Position numbers and translations under genes: made by a program
Shown: positions 10,338 through 22,600 of the stretch, one piece after another
Layout of the letters: the number at the start of each line of letters is the position of its first letter
Numbering within the stretch: the first letter of the stretch is position 1
DNA from: a virus
Length of the DNA: 64,000 nucleotides
IMG/VR virus record: IMGVR_UViG_3300028920_000047
Location: 32,001-96,000 of that record
Strand: one strand, 5' to 3'
Notes under the pieces: generated by a model
What the model was told of the DNA's origin: nothing
The model's database searches: none
Seen by the model: the letters and a program-made list of their open reading frames with translations, nothing else

Positions 10338-10664
10338 AGGTTACTAAATTTCCAGTTGCAATTCCACCAATAATTATATATCGAAAATGCCATTGTATCT
10401 TAAATGGAAACTCATCACATTCAATTATCTTTTTTGTCGGTATTTTTGTTCTGATATATCCAGGCCGAAATTGAAAATTGTCTTTACAGGCATAATATAC
10501 TATGTCGGAATCGTTTGTCGTTGAATATACATACAATTCGCTATCGGCAGTTACAATTTCAAACAATATATCAACCGAATTGGAATCGCTGATTATCCAA
10601 CTATCGCCAGTAACATTATCCACAACATAGTTGTCCGCAAAACAAACCGAACACATAAGTAATA
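9016..10664. repeat. ~1.65-kb direct repeat, copy 1
   Basis: near-identical to 13224-14872 at a constant offset of 4208 bp. Confidence 0.9.
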
Positions 10665-10689
10665 GTATCAAAAAAACAATCATTCTCAT
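10324..10689 (-). CDS. small exported protein (paralog of 14532-14900)
   Basis: signal peptide ..SVCFA|D; mature part near-identical to the 122-aa paralog. Confidence 0.8.
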   Translation of the reverse strand: MRMIVFLILLLMCSVCFADNYVVDNVTGDSWIISDSNSVDILFEIVTADSELYVYSTTNDSDIVYYACKDNFQFRPGYIRTKIPTKKIIECDEFPFKIQWHFRYIIIGGIATGNLVTFEEK

Positions 10690-10790
10690 TACTTATCACC
10701 TAACCAAAATTTTTGTGGAATGACATACATCAGCAATATTACAATCACCGCAAATAACGTAATTACTATTTCATCAATTATCTTTCTCAT
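10689..10790 (-). CDS. 33-aa single-TM peptide (MRKIIDEIVITLFAVIVILLMYVIPQKFWLGDK)
   Basis: fills the gap exactly with TAATG overlaps at both ends; below the ORF-track cutoff. Confidence 0.6.
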   Translation of the reverse strand: MRKIIDEIVITLFAVIVILLMYVIPQKFWLGDK

Positions 10791-12238
10791 TATTTATATA
10801 ATCCTCGCAAAACAACATTATTGACAACATTATCCGAATTGTTGTATATGAAAAACTCGTCTGTATCATTCTTTATCTCACACCAAGTTGCCGAGTATGG
10901 AGCTGAATCACCGCTATCAAGTTCAACAAAATAGTCAAGACCACGAAGGTCATCAAAAATTGTTGATACTGTGTTGGATATGTTTGGCACATAAACTGTC
11001 CAAGTGTCGTAAGGAGCAATACCAGAACCGCTATCAGAAACACAATTAGTATCCCACTCACGAGCATATACACCATACGCCACACCCTTTACATTAAGCG
11101 AATCAGCAAGTATTCCGCCGGCCACTTCTAAACTATCTGATGCTATATCATCTAAACCAACACCAATATTTCCATAACTTGAAACTGTTACCCAATCAAT
11201 TCCTCCGAGCTGGTCAGAAAATCTTAAAGAATTATCACTTGCTTTATGCCTTATTGTCCAGCCATCGGCAACTTCAGCTAACTGTAACATCGCATCTCCT
11301 GAACTTGCACCATTCCATCCTATTACGATTCGAGAACTATTTGCAATTCCATCTATAGTTTCTTTATGCCTAACTTGTAACCCTGCACCATTCGTTATAT
11401 TTGCGCCTCCTATAACGGCTGTTTCGCTTATTTGGACAGTTCCTACAACATGAAAACTATCACTGGGATTAGCAATACCTATACCTACATGACTATCGCT
11501 GTATAGCCAGCCAGTTACTACATCAATATCCCACCAGCCGCCAACCAGTCCTGTTAATCCTGAACCATCGCCTATAAATGCATTAGCATACACGCTGCTG
11601 GCAAATGTCGCACTGTCCGCAAATAAATCATCTGATAAATATAAATTCTGAAACTGATACATACCGGAACCACCAGTGCCTCCTAAATTCATTTGTAATC
11701 CACTTCCACGAGGAGCAATTCCCATACTACCAAGCCAAATAAGAGGAGTATCCGCTTTTCTAAATTCAAACATTTGACCACTACCATTGAGATACCAAAT
11801 TTTACCCTGAGTATCTCCAGGCGAACCTCCGGTAGCAATTTCAAAATATATAAAATTTGAATTATTGCTCGAAGCACCAAGCATTCCAATATTACCATCT
11901 CCAGTAGTAACTCCGTAAGGGTCCGTTCCATCACCCCAAATTTCTAAAGAATTGTTTGGTTTAGTAGAACCTATACTTACATAGGAATCAGTCGATATAG
12001 CATTATCGGAAGCGCTAATAGTCCAATCTGAATCTCCTGAGCCAGAAGTTGAAATTTCAATACCGCTAATATATACCTTACCGGTGTAAGTGGTTGTTCC
12101 CGCAGTAATACTTACACAAGAATCCGATACAGAAAGATATTTATTTAATTGTGTCAAATCATCAGACGTACCCACTTCAGAAAATAAAGGTAAAGTAAAA
12201 AGTAAACATAAAAATATAATTAAATAATTTTTCATCAT
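10790..12238 (-). CDS. exported fibre-like protein (partial paralog of 14901-16538)
   Basis: signal peptide; VGIG..P...(L/F)(H/E)V.G fibre-type repeats; shares GDTQG.IW..NGSG, LGGTGGSG.YQ and VYANAF.GDGS.LTG with the paralog. Confidence 0.7.
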   Translation of the reverse strand: MMKNYLIIFLCLLFTLPLFSEVGTSDDLTQLNKYLSVSDSCVSITAGTTTYTGKVYISGIEISTSGSGDSDWTISASDNAISTDSYVSIGSTKPNNSLEIWGDGTDPYGVTTGDGNIGMLGASSNNSNFIYFEIATGGSPGDTQGKIWYLNGSGQMFEFRKADTPLIWLGSMGIAPRGSGLQMNLGGTGGSGMYQFQNLYLSDDLFADSATFASSVYANAFIGDGSGLTGLVGGWWDIDVVTGWLYSDSHVGIGIANPSDSFHVVGTVQISETAVIGGANITNGAGLQVRHKETIDGIANSSRIVIGWNGASSGDAMLQLAEVADGWTIRHKASDNSLRFSDQLGGIDWVTVSSYGNIGVGLDDIASDSLEVAGGILADSLNVKGVAYGVYAREWDTNCVSDSGSGIAPYDTWTVYVPNISNTVSTIFDDLRGLDYFVELDSGDSAPYSATWCEIKNDTDEFFIYNNSDNVVNNVVLRGLYK

Positions 12239-12244
12239 AATCTC

Positions 12245-14545
12245 CTATTCCGATAATCTCTTTATAAATCCACTTAATGTTTTATAATTTCTTAAATCTG
12301 GTTTAGTTGGTTCTTGTTTACAAATATGATTTACTGTTGAAGCTGAAGAAGAACTTTTATAGCCATAAATTTCATATGCTTTTTGTTTAAACTGAGTTAC
12401 GTTTTTTATTGTTCTATAATTAAAAGTAGAAGTAGAATAATTAACAGTTATTGTATCTTCATCCATTCTGCCAAAACTATCATTTAATCTGGCAGTAATG
12501 CTATCACCAATTCCCGATAACGCAACTGTACCTGACCAAGCGTTTGAAGAAATAGTAGCTATTGAATGAACTGTATCACTACCTGTCAACACACTAATTT
12601 GAACTTCGTCTAAGTATAAAGCATCACCGTCGCCATTTCTATGAAAAGCTATTGCCTTAACTGTTTGTTCTGGATAATCTATTTCTACCCAAGTATTTTT
12701 TGAATGGTTTAATTCTGTATCTATTTCTGTCCAATTTGTAGGGTCTCCTGCACCATCTGAAGAAATAGATATTGTACATTCCCAATCACTAATCATATAA
12801 TTTTGTTTAGAAGCCCACACTCTTATTTGATTACTTGTAACAGCTGAAGTAAGTATAAGCTGAAACCAACTATGATTCCCTGGTGGTGGACCTGATTCTT
12901 TACAAACTTTTGTTGAACCATCTGGATAACTATCATTATATGCATTAGCTTCATTATACCAAGTTGCTCCGCCATCATTATGACTATCAAAACAACGCCA
13001 CTCATAATGCTCTAAACTCGTTTCATAAAGGTATAACTGAACAGTATCACCATCTTTACAGTTTACAGTAGTGCCACTAACAATTATTATCTGAGTATTA
13101 GTATCGTGATTATCAGAAGGAGCATTTATACTAATGTCTATTGAACTATAATAATTGACGGTAATAGTATCCCAGTTAATATTAGTACCATCCCAAAACT
13201 TGACTTGAACAGAATCACCAAGTCCAGTCAGACTTGCAGTTCCACTCCAAGCATCACTTGAAACTTCAACTGTATCTTGATATACTCCATTGACATATAT
13301 TCCAACGCTATCGTGGTCGGTAGCGTCTGTTGTTACACCATCAATTTTTATCAGTTTTTGTGTTGTGTCGTGGTTATCAGCAGGATGTGAAAATGATATA
13401 GTCGGAACAGATGGAGAAGGATATTGACCATTAAAAAAAAGAGTAAAAAACGAATCGCCGGTCATATCAAACCCAACAGTATCACTGCCAGTTACTAAAG
13501 GCACTGTTTCAGCACTATCACAGTTCGGCTCTAATAAATCTGTTCCTGATTCCCTTGCAAAAAGTTCAAGACCAACAGGAGCACCCGTAATATTATACAC
13601 CACATTGTCCGTATCATTATAATATATATCTTGTCCAGCATCTTGATTAATATAATAATCATCAAAATATGAATTTCTAATATAGTTAGATTTGACTTGC
13701 GAATTATAATCTTTTTCATCGTGTTCATTAAGCCACGAACCTGCCGAATAACAGCTATCAAACACATTTGAATCGCAAGCACCAGCACCAGTAAAAAATA
13801 TGGTAGATTTCCACGCATCTATACCAGTCATTTTTACATTATATATATAATTATTCCTAAAATATGATGTATCATTTTTATCATTATCGTATAGATGAGC
13901 ATTCGAGATAGTATTTTTAAACACAGTATAAAAATTATAAGTAAAAACTGCTTTTTTACTAAAATAATCTGGTTCAGGCGCGCCTCCATTAAATCGCATA
14001 AATCCTATAAATCCAGTTGAATCACTTACAAGAGAAGTTATTAATTGGTTTTTGCCGGGATTTTGTTTTAACCTGCCTCCATTAGAAATAAAAATAACCG
14101 GTTTTTCAATAATCAGTTGTGAACTGATATAATAACTATCGCCGATAAATGTTGAGTAGTCAAAAGTTCCAAATTTGATACACCACACAACGATTTGAGT
14201 TCCGTCAGCAGGGACAGTATCATCAGCATAATCATAAGCATAAGGAATTGATTTAAGCGGAGCAGACGGAGTCGCCTGATTAGCATTATTATTTGCGTCA
14301 TTACCAGCCCCAAATGTAAGTGATGTATCAACCATAGTATATTCACCACAGGTGCAGTTCATAGATAAGTCGGCAAAATCAACATTAACAAGAGGGAAAG
14401 CACAAGTTGTTTCACTTCCGCCATTAACAACTATTCTATACAATTTTTGTCCGTTGACATATATTGTATCCCAAGCATATATATTTGATAAAAACAGCAA
14501 TATAAATAATATAGATATTATAATTCTCATTTTATTTTCCTTCAA
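12245..14545 (-). CDS. exported beta-helix plus Ig-like protein with an inserted discoidin/CBM-like domain
   Basis: signal peptide; N-terminal ~440 aa near-identical to 8217-10337; distinct C-terminal jelly-roll-like insert (WFQLIL..NQIRVW..TVKAIAF..LDEVQI). Confidence 0.75.
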   Translation of the reverse strand: MKENKMRIIISILFILLFLSNIYAWDTIYVNGQKLYRIVVNGGSETTCAFPLVNVDFADLSMNCTCGEYTMVDTSLTFGAGNDANNNANQATPSAPLKSIPYAYDYADDTVPADGTQIVVWCIKFGTFDYSTFIGDSYYISSQLIIEKPVIFISNGGRLKQNPGKNQLITSLVSDSTGFIGFMRFNGGAPEPDYFSKKAVFTYNFYTVFKNTISNAHLYDNDKNDTSYFRNNYIYNVKMTGIDAWKSTIFFTGAGACDSNVFDSCYSAGSWLNEHDEKDYNSQVKSNYIRNSYFDDYYINQDAGQDIYYNDTDNVVYNITGAPVGLELFARESGTDLLEPNCDSAETVPLVTGSDTVGFDMTGDSFFTLFFNGQYPSPSVPTISFSHPADNHDTTQKLIKIDGVTTDATDHDSVGIYVNGVYQDTVEVSSDAWSGTASLTGLGDSVQVKFWDGTNINWDTITVNYYSSIDISINAPSDNHDTNTQIIIVSGTTVNCKDGDTVQLYLYETSLEHYEWRCFDSHNDGGATWYNEANAYNDSYPDGSTKVCKESGPPPGNHSWFQLILTSAVTSNQIRVWASKQNYMISDWECTISISSDGAGDPTNWTEIDTELNHSKNTWVEIDYPEQTVKAIAFHRNGDGDALYLDEVQISVLTGSDTVHSIATISSNAWSGTVALSGIGDSITARLNDSFGRMDEDTITVNYSTSTFNYRTIKNVTQFKQKAYEIYGYKSSSSASTVNHICKQEPTKPDLRNYKTLSGFIKRLSE

Positions 14546-14872
14546 AGGTTACAACGTTTCCAGTTGCAATTCCACCAATAATTATATATCGAAAATGCCA
14601 TTGTATTTTAAATGGAAACTCATCACATTCAATTATTTTTTTTGTCGGTATTTTTGTTCTGATATATCCAGACCGAAATTGAAAATTTTCTTTAAATGCA
14701 TAATATACTATATCAGAATCGTTTGTTGTTGAATATACATACAATTCGCTATCGGCAGTTACAATTTCAAACAATATATCAACCGAATCTGAATCGCTAA
14801 TTAACCAACTATCACCAGTAACATTATCCACAACATAGTTATCCGCAAAACAAACTGAATACATAAGTAATA
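13224..14872. repeat. ~1.65-kb direct repeat, copy 2
   Basis: near-identical to 9016-10664. Confidence 0.9.
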
Positions 14873-14900
14873 AGATAAGTATAAATAAAATTTTATTCAT
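14532..14900 (-). CDS. small exported protein (paralog of 10324-10689)
   Basis: signal peptide ..SVCFA|D. Confidence 0.8.
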   Translation of the reverse strand: MNKILFILILLLMYSVCFADNYVVDNVTGDSWLISDSDSVDILFEIVTADSELYVYSTTNDSDIVYYAFKENFQFRSGYIRTKIPTKKIIECDEFPFKIQWHFRYIIIGGIATGNVVTFEGK

Positions 14901-16538
14901 TTATTTTTCTCGTCCTCTTAACTTTATTGTATTAGCCGCATAATCTTGAATTGGTGACATAACATAATAACAATTTTTCCACTCTACAACAGTTACTCCA
15001 AAAACAGGCTCAGTTATCCACACACCCTCAAAAGGTTCAGTATCACCTAATACCCAATTAACTGCTAATAACTCATAATCTACATTAGAAATACAAAAAC
15101 TATCAGCAGTAGTAAAAGTATCGGTATAAGCACAGGAATCAAAAGCTGTATTATAAATCCAAGTATCATTTGTTGGAAATATTTTACAATAAACATTATT
15201 AGTAAAGGTAGCAGAATCAGCAAATATATCTTCTGTTAAATATAATGACCGCCATTGATAAATTCCGGAACCACCAGTACCGCCTAAATCTAATTCTCCA
15301 GTATACTCATCAGTTGGAGCTAACCCTAAAACACCCGCAGTAAATATTGTAGAATCACAATGAGCAAAATGAAACTGAACTCCGGAACCATTATGAAGCC
15401 ATATTCTACCCTGAGTATCCCCATCTATTCCTTGTGGGTCAGCCTGAAAAATTAACTCATTAGATTCATACCCACTTGAAGTCTGTATTTTAACATTATT
15501 GCCATATACATGAATTTTTTCATCTGGTAACAAAGTACCAAACCCAACATAACCGTTTATACCCTCCATAAAAAAATTTGTTTGTCCACCAGAATTTGTA
15601 AAAGGTAATCCACCAGCAAGGCGGCAATTAAAAGCTAAATCTACAAATAAAGTCTCTCCCACTAAAGCATTTGAATCAATATCCAAATTATTAAAATCAC
15701 CTTGACCGGTTACGTCTAAATCACCTATAACATTTAAACTTCCTGCCATAGTATCTTCTTCGTAATTCCTCACAAAAGAATCTGATAAACCAACTATATA
15801 ATATCTACTAATATAAGATACCCTTAATATTTCACCGGTATCAGGAACATACCCTCCGTGGAAAGTTATCTCACTATCTCCACTTTCATAATAATCTACA
15901 CCAATAACTTTAATAACTCCATCAATAGTAACAATAGTTGAACTATCCTCCCAGACATCTAAAGGGTCTGTTAATTCAAATATAGTATCAAAACCATTAG
16001 CAGTATCAGAAAACTCCTGATTAACTTTCATTTGCCCTGTAAAAAAAGTATCAAAAGAAGCACCCGAAACACCTGTTAATAAAGAACCATCGCCAACAAA
16101 AGCATTCGCATATACTGTATTTGTAAATGTTGCCGAATCCGCTTTTAGCTCCTGAGTAAGACTACAACTGCCTGTTGAAATTATTCCACCAACGGTTAAA
16201 GTATCAGTTGTTATTGTCCCTGTATTATCTATTTCTTCAGAATATATTTTAGTGGATATTATTACTGTACCACTAATAACTAATGTTCCTGATATATTTT
16301 CACTTTCAATAGAACCAGCGGTTAAAGTACCTCCAACTTCTAATTCTGTTCCAACAATTCCCGAATCTACTCTTATCCTTCCGGTTGAGGGATTATCCTT
16401 GACTTTTTCAATTTCCTGTTTATTTTGGGAAATTTTACCATCCTGGTCATAATTATAAGTAGTACCTTCAAAAAATCCATCAGCGTAAGAATAACCCAAC
16501 AAAAAAGCAATCAATAATAATACAATTATATATTTCAT
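14901..16538 (-). CDS. exported fibre-like protein
   Basis: signal peptide ..GYSYA|D; beta-repeat fibre-like sequence (VGFGTLLPDEKIHVYG); paralog of 10790-12238. Confidence 0.7.
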   Translation of the reverse strand: MKYIIVLLLIAFLLGYSYADGFFEGTTYNYDQDGKISQNKQEIEKVKDNPSTGRIRVDSGIVGTELEVGGTLTAGSIESENISGTLVISGTVIISTKIYSEEIDNTGTITTDTLTVGGIISTGSCSLTQELKADSATFTNTVYANAFVGDGSLLTGVSGASFDTFFTGQMKVNQEFSDTANGFDTIFELTDPLDVWEDSSTIVTIDGVIKVIGVDYYESGDSEITFHGGYVPDTGEILRVSYISRYYIVGLSDSFVRNYEEDTMAGSLNVIGDLDVTGQGDFNNLDIDSNALVGETLFVDLAFNCRLAGGLPFTNSGGQTNFFMEGINGYVGFGTLLPDEKIHVYGNNVKIQTSSGYESNELIFQADPQGIDGDTQGRIWLHNGSGVQFHFAHCDSTIFTAGVLGLAPTDEYTGELDLGGTGGSGIYQWRSLYLTEDIFADSATFTNNVYCKIFPTNDTWIYNTAFDSCAYTDTFTTADSFCISNVDYELLAVNWVLGDTEPFEGVWITEPVFGVTVVEWKNCYYVMSPIQDYAANTIKLRGREK

Positions 16539-16562
16539 TTCTATTCTCCTAATACCAATAAT

Positions 16563-16679
16563 TTATCTTAATCTATTAACAAATTTTACAAATCCTTTTA
16601 TTAATAAATATGTGACACCAATGCCACCTATAAATACCGCTACTAAAATTCCTACTATTAATAGACATTTTAAAAACAT
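16563..16679 (-). CDS. 38-aa single-TM peptide (MFLKCLLIVGILVAVFIGGIGVTYLLIKGFVKFVNRLR)
   Basis: TAATG-coupled to the 2170-aa gene; hydrophobic helix plus basic tail. Confidence 0.55.
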   Translation of the reverse strand: MFLKCLLIVGILVAVFIGGIGVTYLLIKGFVKFVNRLR

Positions 16680-19600
16680 TAGGGTACTGTATAATATACT
16701 TTCTCTATTTCATCAACCCGCCCATCTGAACAAGCGGAACCATTCACTCCAAATCTTTCTATAATTATAGTATATACTGCTGTTTTAGCAATATATATTC
16801 TATGAGTAGTCCGAACATTTATCAATATTGAATCACTACCCGCTGAATTAGTGGCGTAACTCAATATTTGGGAATCATATACTTCATACAAACCACTATC
16901 ATACAAATCCTCCATAACTGCCGATAATTGAGCAATAGTGGAATCATTAAAAGCATGAATATCAACAACAACAATTGCTGGATATGTATTCCCTTTACCA
17001 TCCCAGTATGCTTGTAAAACCTTATTCTGAACAATTCTTTCCATGTAAGGTTTTGGATAGGTTGTTAATCGTGGATTACCACTAAAGTTAACAGTTATGC
17101 TATCATAAGCAACCTGGCCGAACTGGTCAATTAGTTTTACAATAACACTATCACCCTTACCTTCCAAATTGGCATACCCTATCCAGGAGCCACTATCACT
17201 AACAACATTAGTTGATGAAGATAAAACACTATTAACATATATTTGAACTGTATCTCCCAACCTTGTGTTCCTTGTAGTTCCCATTATTATAATTCTTGAT
17301 ACTATTGTGTCGTGAGAATTGGTATCTGGATATGTTATGGAAATATAAGACGGCGGTAATACATAACTAAATGTAATTGTATCATATACCTTTGAATCGT
17401 ATCTATTATATAATTTTACCCACACACTATCTCCAATCCCGTTTAATTGAAAAGTGCCGGACCAATTTTCATTATTTTCTGTCAAAATTATTGTATCGTT
17501 AATATTAGAGTTTACAAATATTAACAAAGTATCCCCAGCTATACTATAGTTTGAAGTTCCAAAAATAGTACCCGAATCTACATTTGTATCATTATTATCA
17601 ATCATACTGGTTATAACAATTTCCGGATTATTAGCAAAACAATTTACCGTAATCGTGTCCTGAACTACTTGTCCAAACTGATTAACCAATTTTGTACTAA
17701 CACTGTCGCCATAAGAACTAACATAAACCGTTCCATTCCAATTATCACTATCCGCAGAGATTGTATATTTGCTATTCAAAACATTATTTACATAAATATA
17801 AACAGTATCAACATTTGCAACTGTTTGACAAGTTGTACCACCAATGATAATTATATTTGTATTAGTATCATGATTATCAACCGGATAAGTTATTTCTAAC
17901 GATAAGGTCTCAGATAAATAATGTAATTGAATAGTGTCATTATATAAATTATTATTAAAAGAATTAGCAAGTTTAGCAACCACTATCGGATATGGTGTAC
18001 CGGCTATATAACAAGTTCCTGAAAAACTACCGCTATCAGAAGTTAAAATAATATTAGTATTCATAGTTCCAGTATAATCAAATATTTGAACGGTATCTCC
18101 TACTTTCGAATTTTCTGTTGTACCTGATATAGTTATAACAGATATATTTGTATCATGCCCGGTATCTGGGGACATTATAGCCATTGTAAATACCGGATAA
18201 TAACTTATAGTAATAGTATCATAATAACTTGTTTTATATAAAACACTTTCCAATTTTACAGTTACACTATCCCCCTTAGAAACTACAACAACAGTTCCAG
18301 ACCAGCTCATTGAATCAGACACAACATAAACTGTTGTATTCAAAATATTATTTACATAAATCGATATAGTATCTCCAAGCTGTGACCATTCGGTTGTCCC
18401 GTTTATCCAGTTCATACTAATATTAGTATCAGTATTAACATTACCAGGAATACCTATAGAAATAGTAGGTGTTGCATAATAACTAATTGTTACCGTATTT
18501 CCTACAGTTCTCCCAAACTGGTCTTCCAGTGTTACAGAAATACTATCACTACCGCCAACAACCACTGTTCCAGACCAGGTTCCACTATCTGTTAATATAT
18601 GAGTGATAGAATTAGTTAACCCATTAACACGTAAAACTATTGTATCACCGTTCCGAGAGTTTACGGTTGTTCCGTGAATAGTATTTATAGATATCTTAGT
18701 ATCTGTATTATTAGAAGGATAACTTATCCTCGCCAATATAGTACCATAATAATCAACAGTTATCGTATCATAAATAACTGAACCGGTTAACGCTGTTACT
18801 AATTTGACCGAAACATTATTACTTGTTTCGGATAAAGCCGCTGTCCCTGAAAAGGATTGATTATAATAAGTAATTGCCGCATAAGTGTTTAAAACATTAT
18901 CCACATAAATATAAATTGTATCACCTAACATAGTGTTTTTAGTGGTACAAATAACATTTATAATTTGTATATTTGTATCATGGTTATTTGGAAAATTAGT
19001 AATAACAACAGATGGTGCACCAATATAATTTATAGTTATAGTATCATACACATCAGAATCAAAATTAGTTAATCTTGCTAATATACTATCACCTATATTA
19101 GTTAGAGAAACGGTACCAGACCAGGAACCCGTATCAGCTGTCAAAGTATATGAAGAATTTAAAATACCATTAACATATAAACGTACCCTATCCCCAACTT
19201 TTGAGCTCTTCGAAGTCCCATAAATTGTTATAACTTTAACACAAGTATCATAAGCAGTAGCTGGCGTATCTATACCCACACCAGGATTGGTTTGATATTT
19301 ATTAACAGTTATTGTATCGTATAAAATATTCCCGAAAGAATCATGTAAAACAACCCACAAACTATCACCTTTTGAGGAAACACCGGCTGTACCTGACCAG
19401 TTTGCATTATCTGAAACAATCACAACAGTAGTATTTAAATTTGTATTCGTATATATTTCCACAGTATCGCCCGCCTTAGTAGGACTGGCAATTCCTCCAA
19501 TAATAAAAAAGCTGTTATTAGTATCATGATTATCAGCCGGTACAGTTATTTGTATTGTGGGTATCGAGTAATAATTGATTGTTCTTGTTTCATAATATAC

Positions 19601-22600
19601 CCTGCCAAAACTATCCTCCAATTTTACTACTAAGCTATCACCAATACCTACAAATATTATTGGTGTATCAACCCAATTACCAGAATCCCCAACAATTCTT
19701 GCAGTTGCCTGTAAAATAGTATTTACATATATTCTAACTAAATCCGAATCCCTGGTATTATAGGAAGTACCTGAAATAACATTCTTCTGTATATTAGTAT
19801 CTGTCGGATTGGATAAATTTATTCCGATATTAGGAGTCCCAAAGTAATTTATGGATATTGTATCATATGCTGTTCTATTATATGTATCATGTAGAATAGC
19901 AACGATACTATCATTGTAACCACTAATAGCTACTGTACCTGACCAGGTGCCACTATCCCCGGTTAAAAGATAAACTGTACTTCTTGTATACATATTTGTA
20001 ATTTCAACAGTATCCCCACCATGACATTCAACCGTAGTTCCAGATATTGTTATTGTTGATAAATAGGTATCATGGTTATTAGCCGGTGATGTAATAGCAA
20101 TATCAGGAGTCTTAAAATAATCTATAACAATTGTATCATAAGTGTTTCTTCCAAATTGGTCATGTAATTTTACCACCAGATTACTACCATAATCACTAAA
20201 GGCAGCAGTACCGAAAAAATTTCCATTTAGACTTGTTATAATAACAGTAGTATTTAAAACATTATTAACAAATATTTCAACAGTATCATTCACCTGAACA
20301 TCGTAAGAAGTCCCTCCTATATTTATTATAGAGATATATGTATCATGATTGTCCGCAGGATAAGTAATAGTTAAAACGGGATTAGCAAAGTAATTAATTG
20401 TTATTGTATCATAAGCAACAGAGTCACCGCCATGATTGGTATCTACTCCTATATATGGTTCCATTTTTAGCCACAATTTATCAGCCTGGCCGGTTAGAGT
20501 GGCGGTACCATTAAAAGTTCCTGTTTCATTCGTAGTTACAAACGATGTACATAAGCTTGAATTTACATATAAATATATGGTATCATTAGAGCTATTACCG
20601 ACCCAATCAATATTTACGTTAGATATAGAGTCACTATTGGTATCAGTATTATTAGTTATATTAGTAATACCGGCCCAATGTAGAAAAACAGAAATTGTAT
20701 CATACAAAATTGAGTCAAACCTCGTTTCTAATTTTACCCACACACTATCGGACATATTACTAAGAGCTACAGTACAACCCCAACTACCACTATCAGCAGT
20801 TAAATTTGTTTGTGTCTGGTAACTACTTCCAACATATATTTTTATAGTATCACCAATAGAAGTATTATAAGTGGTCCCAATAAAAGTAGGAGACTTAGTA
20901 TTAGTATCATATTCATCAATCATACTAAAACTAATTTGCGGTTGTGCAAAATATCCAACAGAAATAGTATCATATTGAATATTACCACTATCGGTTAAGA
21001 TTTTTACCCACACCCGACTATTACCGTGCTGTAAACTAACAGTACCAGAAAAATTACCACTATCCGAAAGTAACACAAATAAACAATTAAACTGGGTATC
21101 ACAATAGATATAAACAGTATCACCAGCATAAGTATTATAAGTAGTCCCAGATACATTAGCAATTTTTGTATTTGTATCAGTCCCATCACTCGGACTTGTG
21201 ATTTGTACTTCAACATAACTAACATTTATAGTATCATACCCATTTCGACCAAACTGGTCATGAACCTCAACAGTAATTGAATCATATCTATTTGTAATGT
21301 AAGCAGTGCCGGAAAAATTATTATCATATCCTGAAATAACAGCAATGGAGTTTAAAACATTATTTACATATATAACTACAGTGTCGCCACTACTGGTACC
21401 CACCGTTGTTCCGGTAATAAGATTAGTTTTTAAATTTGTATCAGAATTATGTTCGGGAACAATAATACCAGCCAAAGGGGTATCAATAAAATTTAAAACT
21501 ATTGTATCATAAGCTCGAGCATTAAATTGATTATACATTATCACCCATACCGAATCACCAAGATTGGATATATAAGCGGTTCCTGAAAAATTACCAGAAT
21601 CAGAAGCCAAAACGACTGTGGTATTAACTGTAGTATTCGTATATATAACCACAGTATCTCCGGTTTTACTACCATAAGTGGTACCATTGATTGTTATTAT
21701 ATTCACTATAGTATCATGATTATTACTGGGTTCATTTATTTGTACATTAGCTATTCCCCAATATTTTATTGTAATAGTATCATATACTTTTACTCCAAAT
21801 TGGTCAATCAATATTACCATAACACTATCCCCTACCTGGCTAAATAGAGAAACAGTACCAGACCAATTTTGAGAATCAGCGGTTATAGTAAATATATCAG
21901 TACTATCACCAGCACTGTTATAAATGTATACATAGGAACCAAGCCCTACTTCAGCAGTTGTCCCTCCTATATTTACTATGTTAATATTTGTATCGTGATT
22001 ATTTGTTGGATAACTAATACCAATTGAAGGTGTGTTATAATAATTAACAACGTTAGTATCGGTCGCCGTTCTACCAAACTGGTCATGTAGAACTACCCAA
22101 ACACTATCATTTAGATTTGATACCGAAACAGTACCGGCCCAGGAACCATTATAACCTGAAACGATAACCGTTGTGCAATATGTAGCGTTTGTATATATAA
22201 CAACAGTATCATTAGTGATAGCATGAGTAACAGAGCCCCCTATATTTATTATACCAGTATTTGTGTCATGATTATTTCCAGGATAGTTTATAGTTATTGT
22301 TGGAGTACTAAAATAATTTACTGTTATAGTGTCCCGAGCTGTACCGGAATAACCATTAAAAATAACTATTACCGATTCACCATAATTTGATACACACGCC
22401 GTACCTGACCAATTACCGGTATCATCTACTATAACAATAGTTGTATTTAATCCTACATCAGTATATATTTGAATCGTATCTCCGGCCTGGGCGTCATTAG
22501 TGGTTCCATAAATAGTAAATATTTGAATATCAGTATCTGAATTATTAGCAGGTAGGGTAATATTGATACCAGGATTTCCCCAATAATCAATAGTTATAGT

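Noticed and set aside
9016-14872. Diversity-generating retroelement (TR/VR pair)
   Set aside because: The repeats are 1.65 kb and both copies are coding; the mismatches inspected are not adenine-specific; no reverse transcriptase is present in the window.
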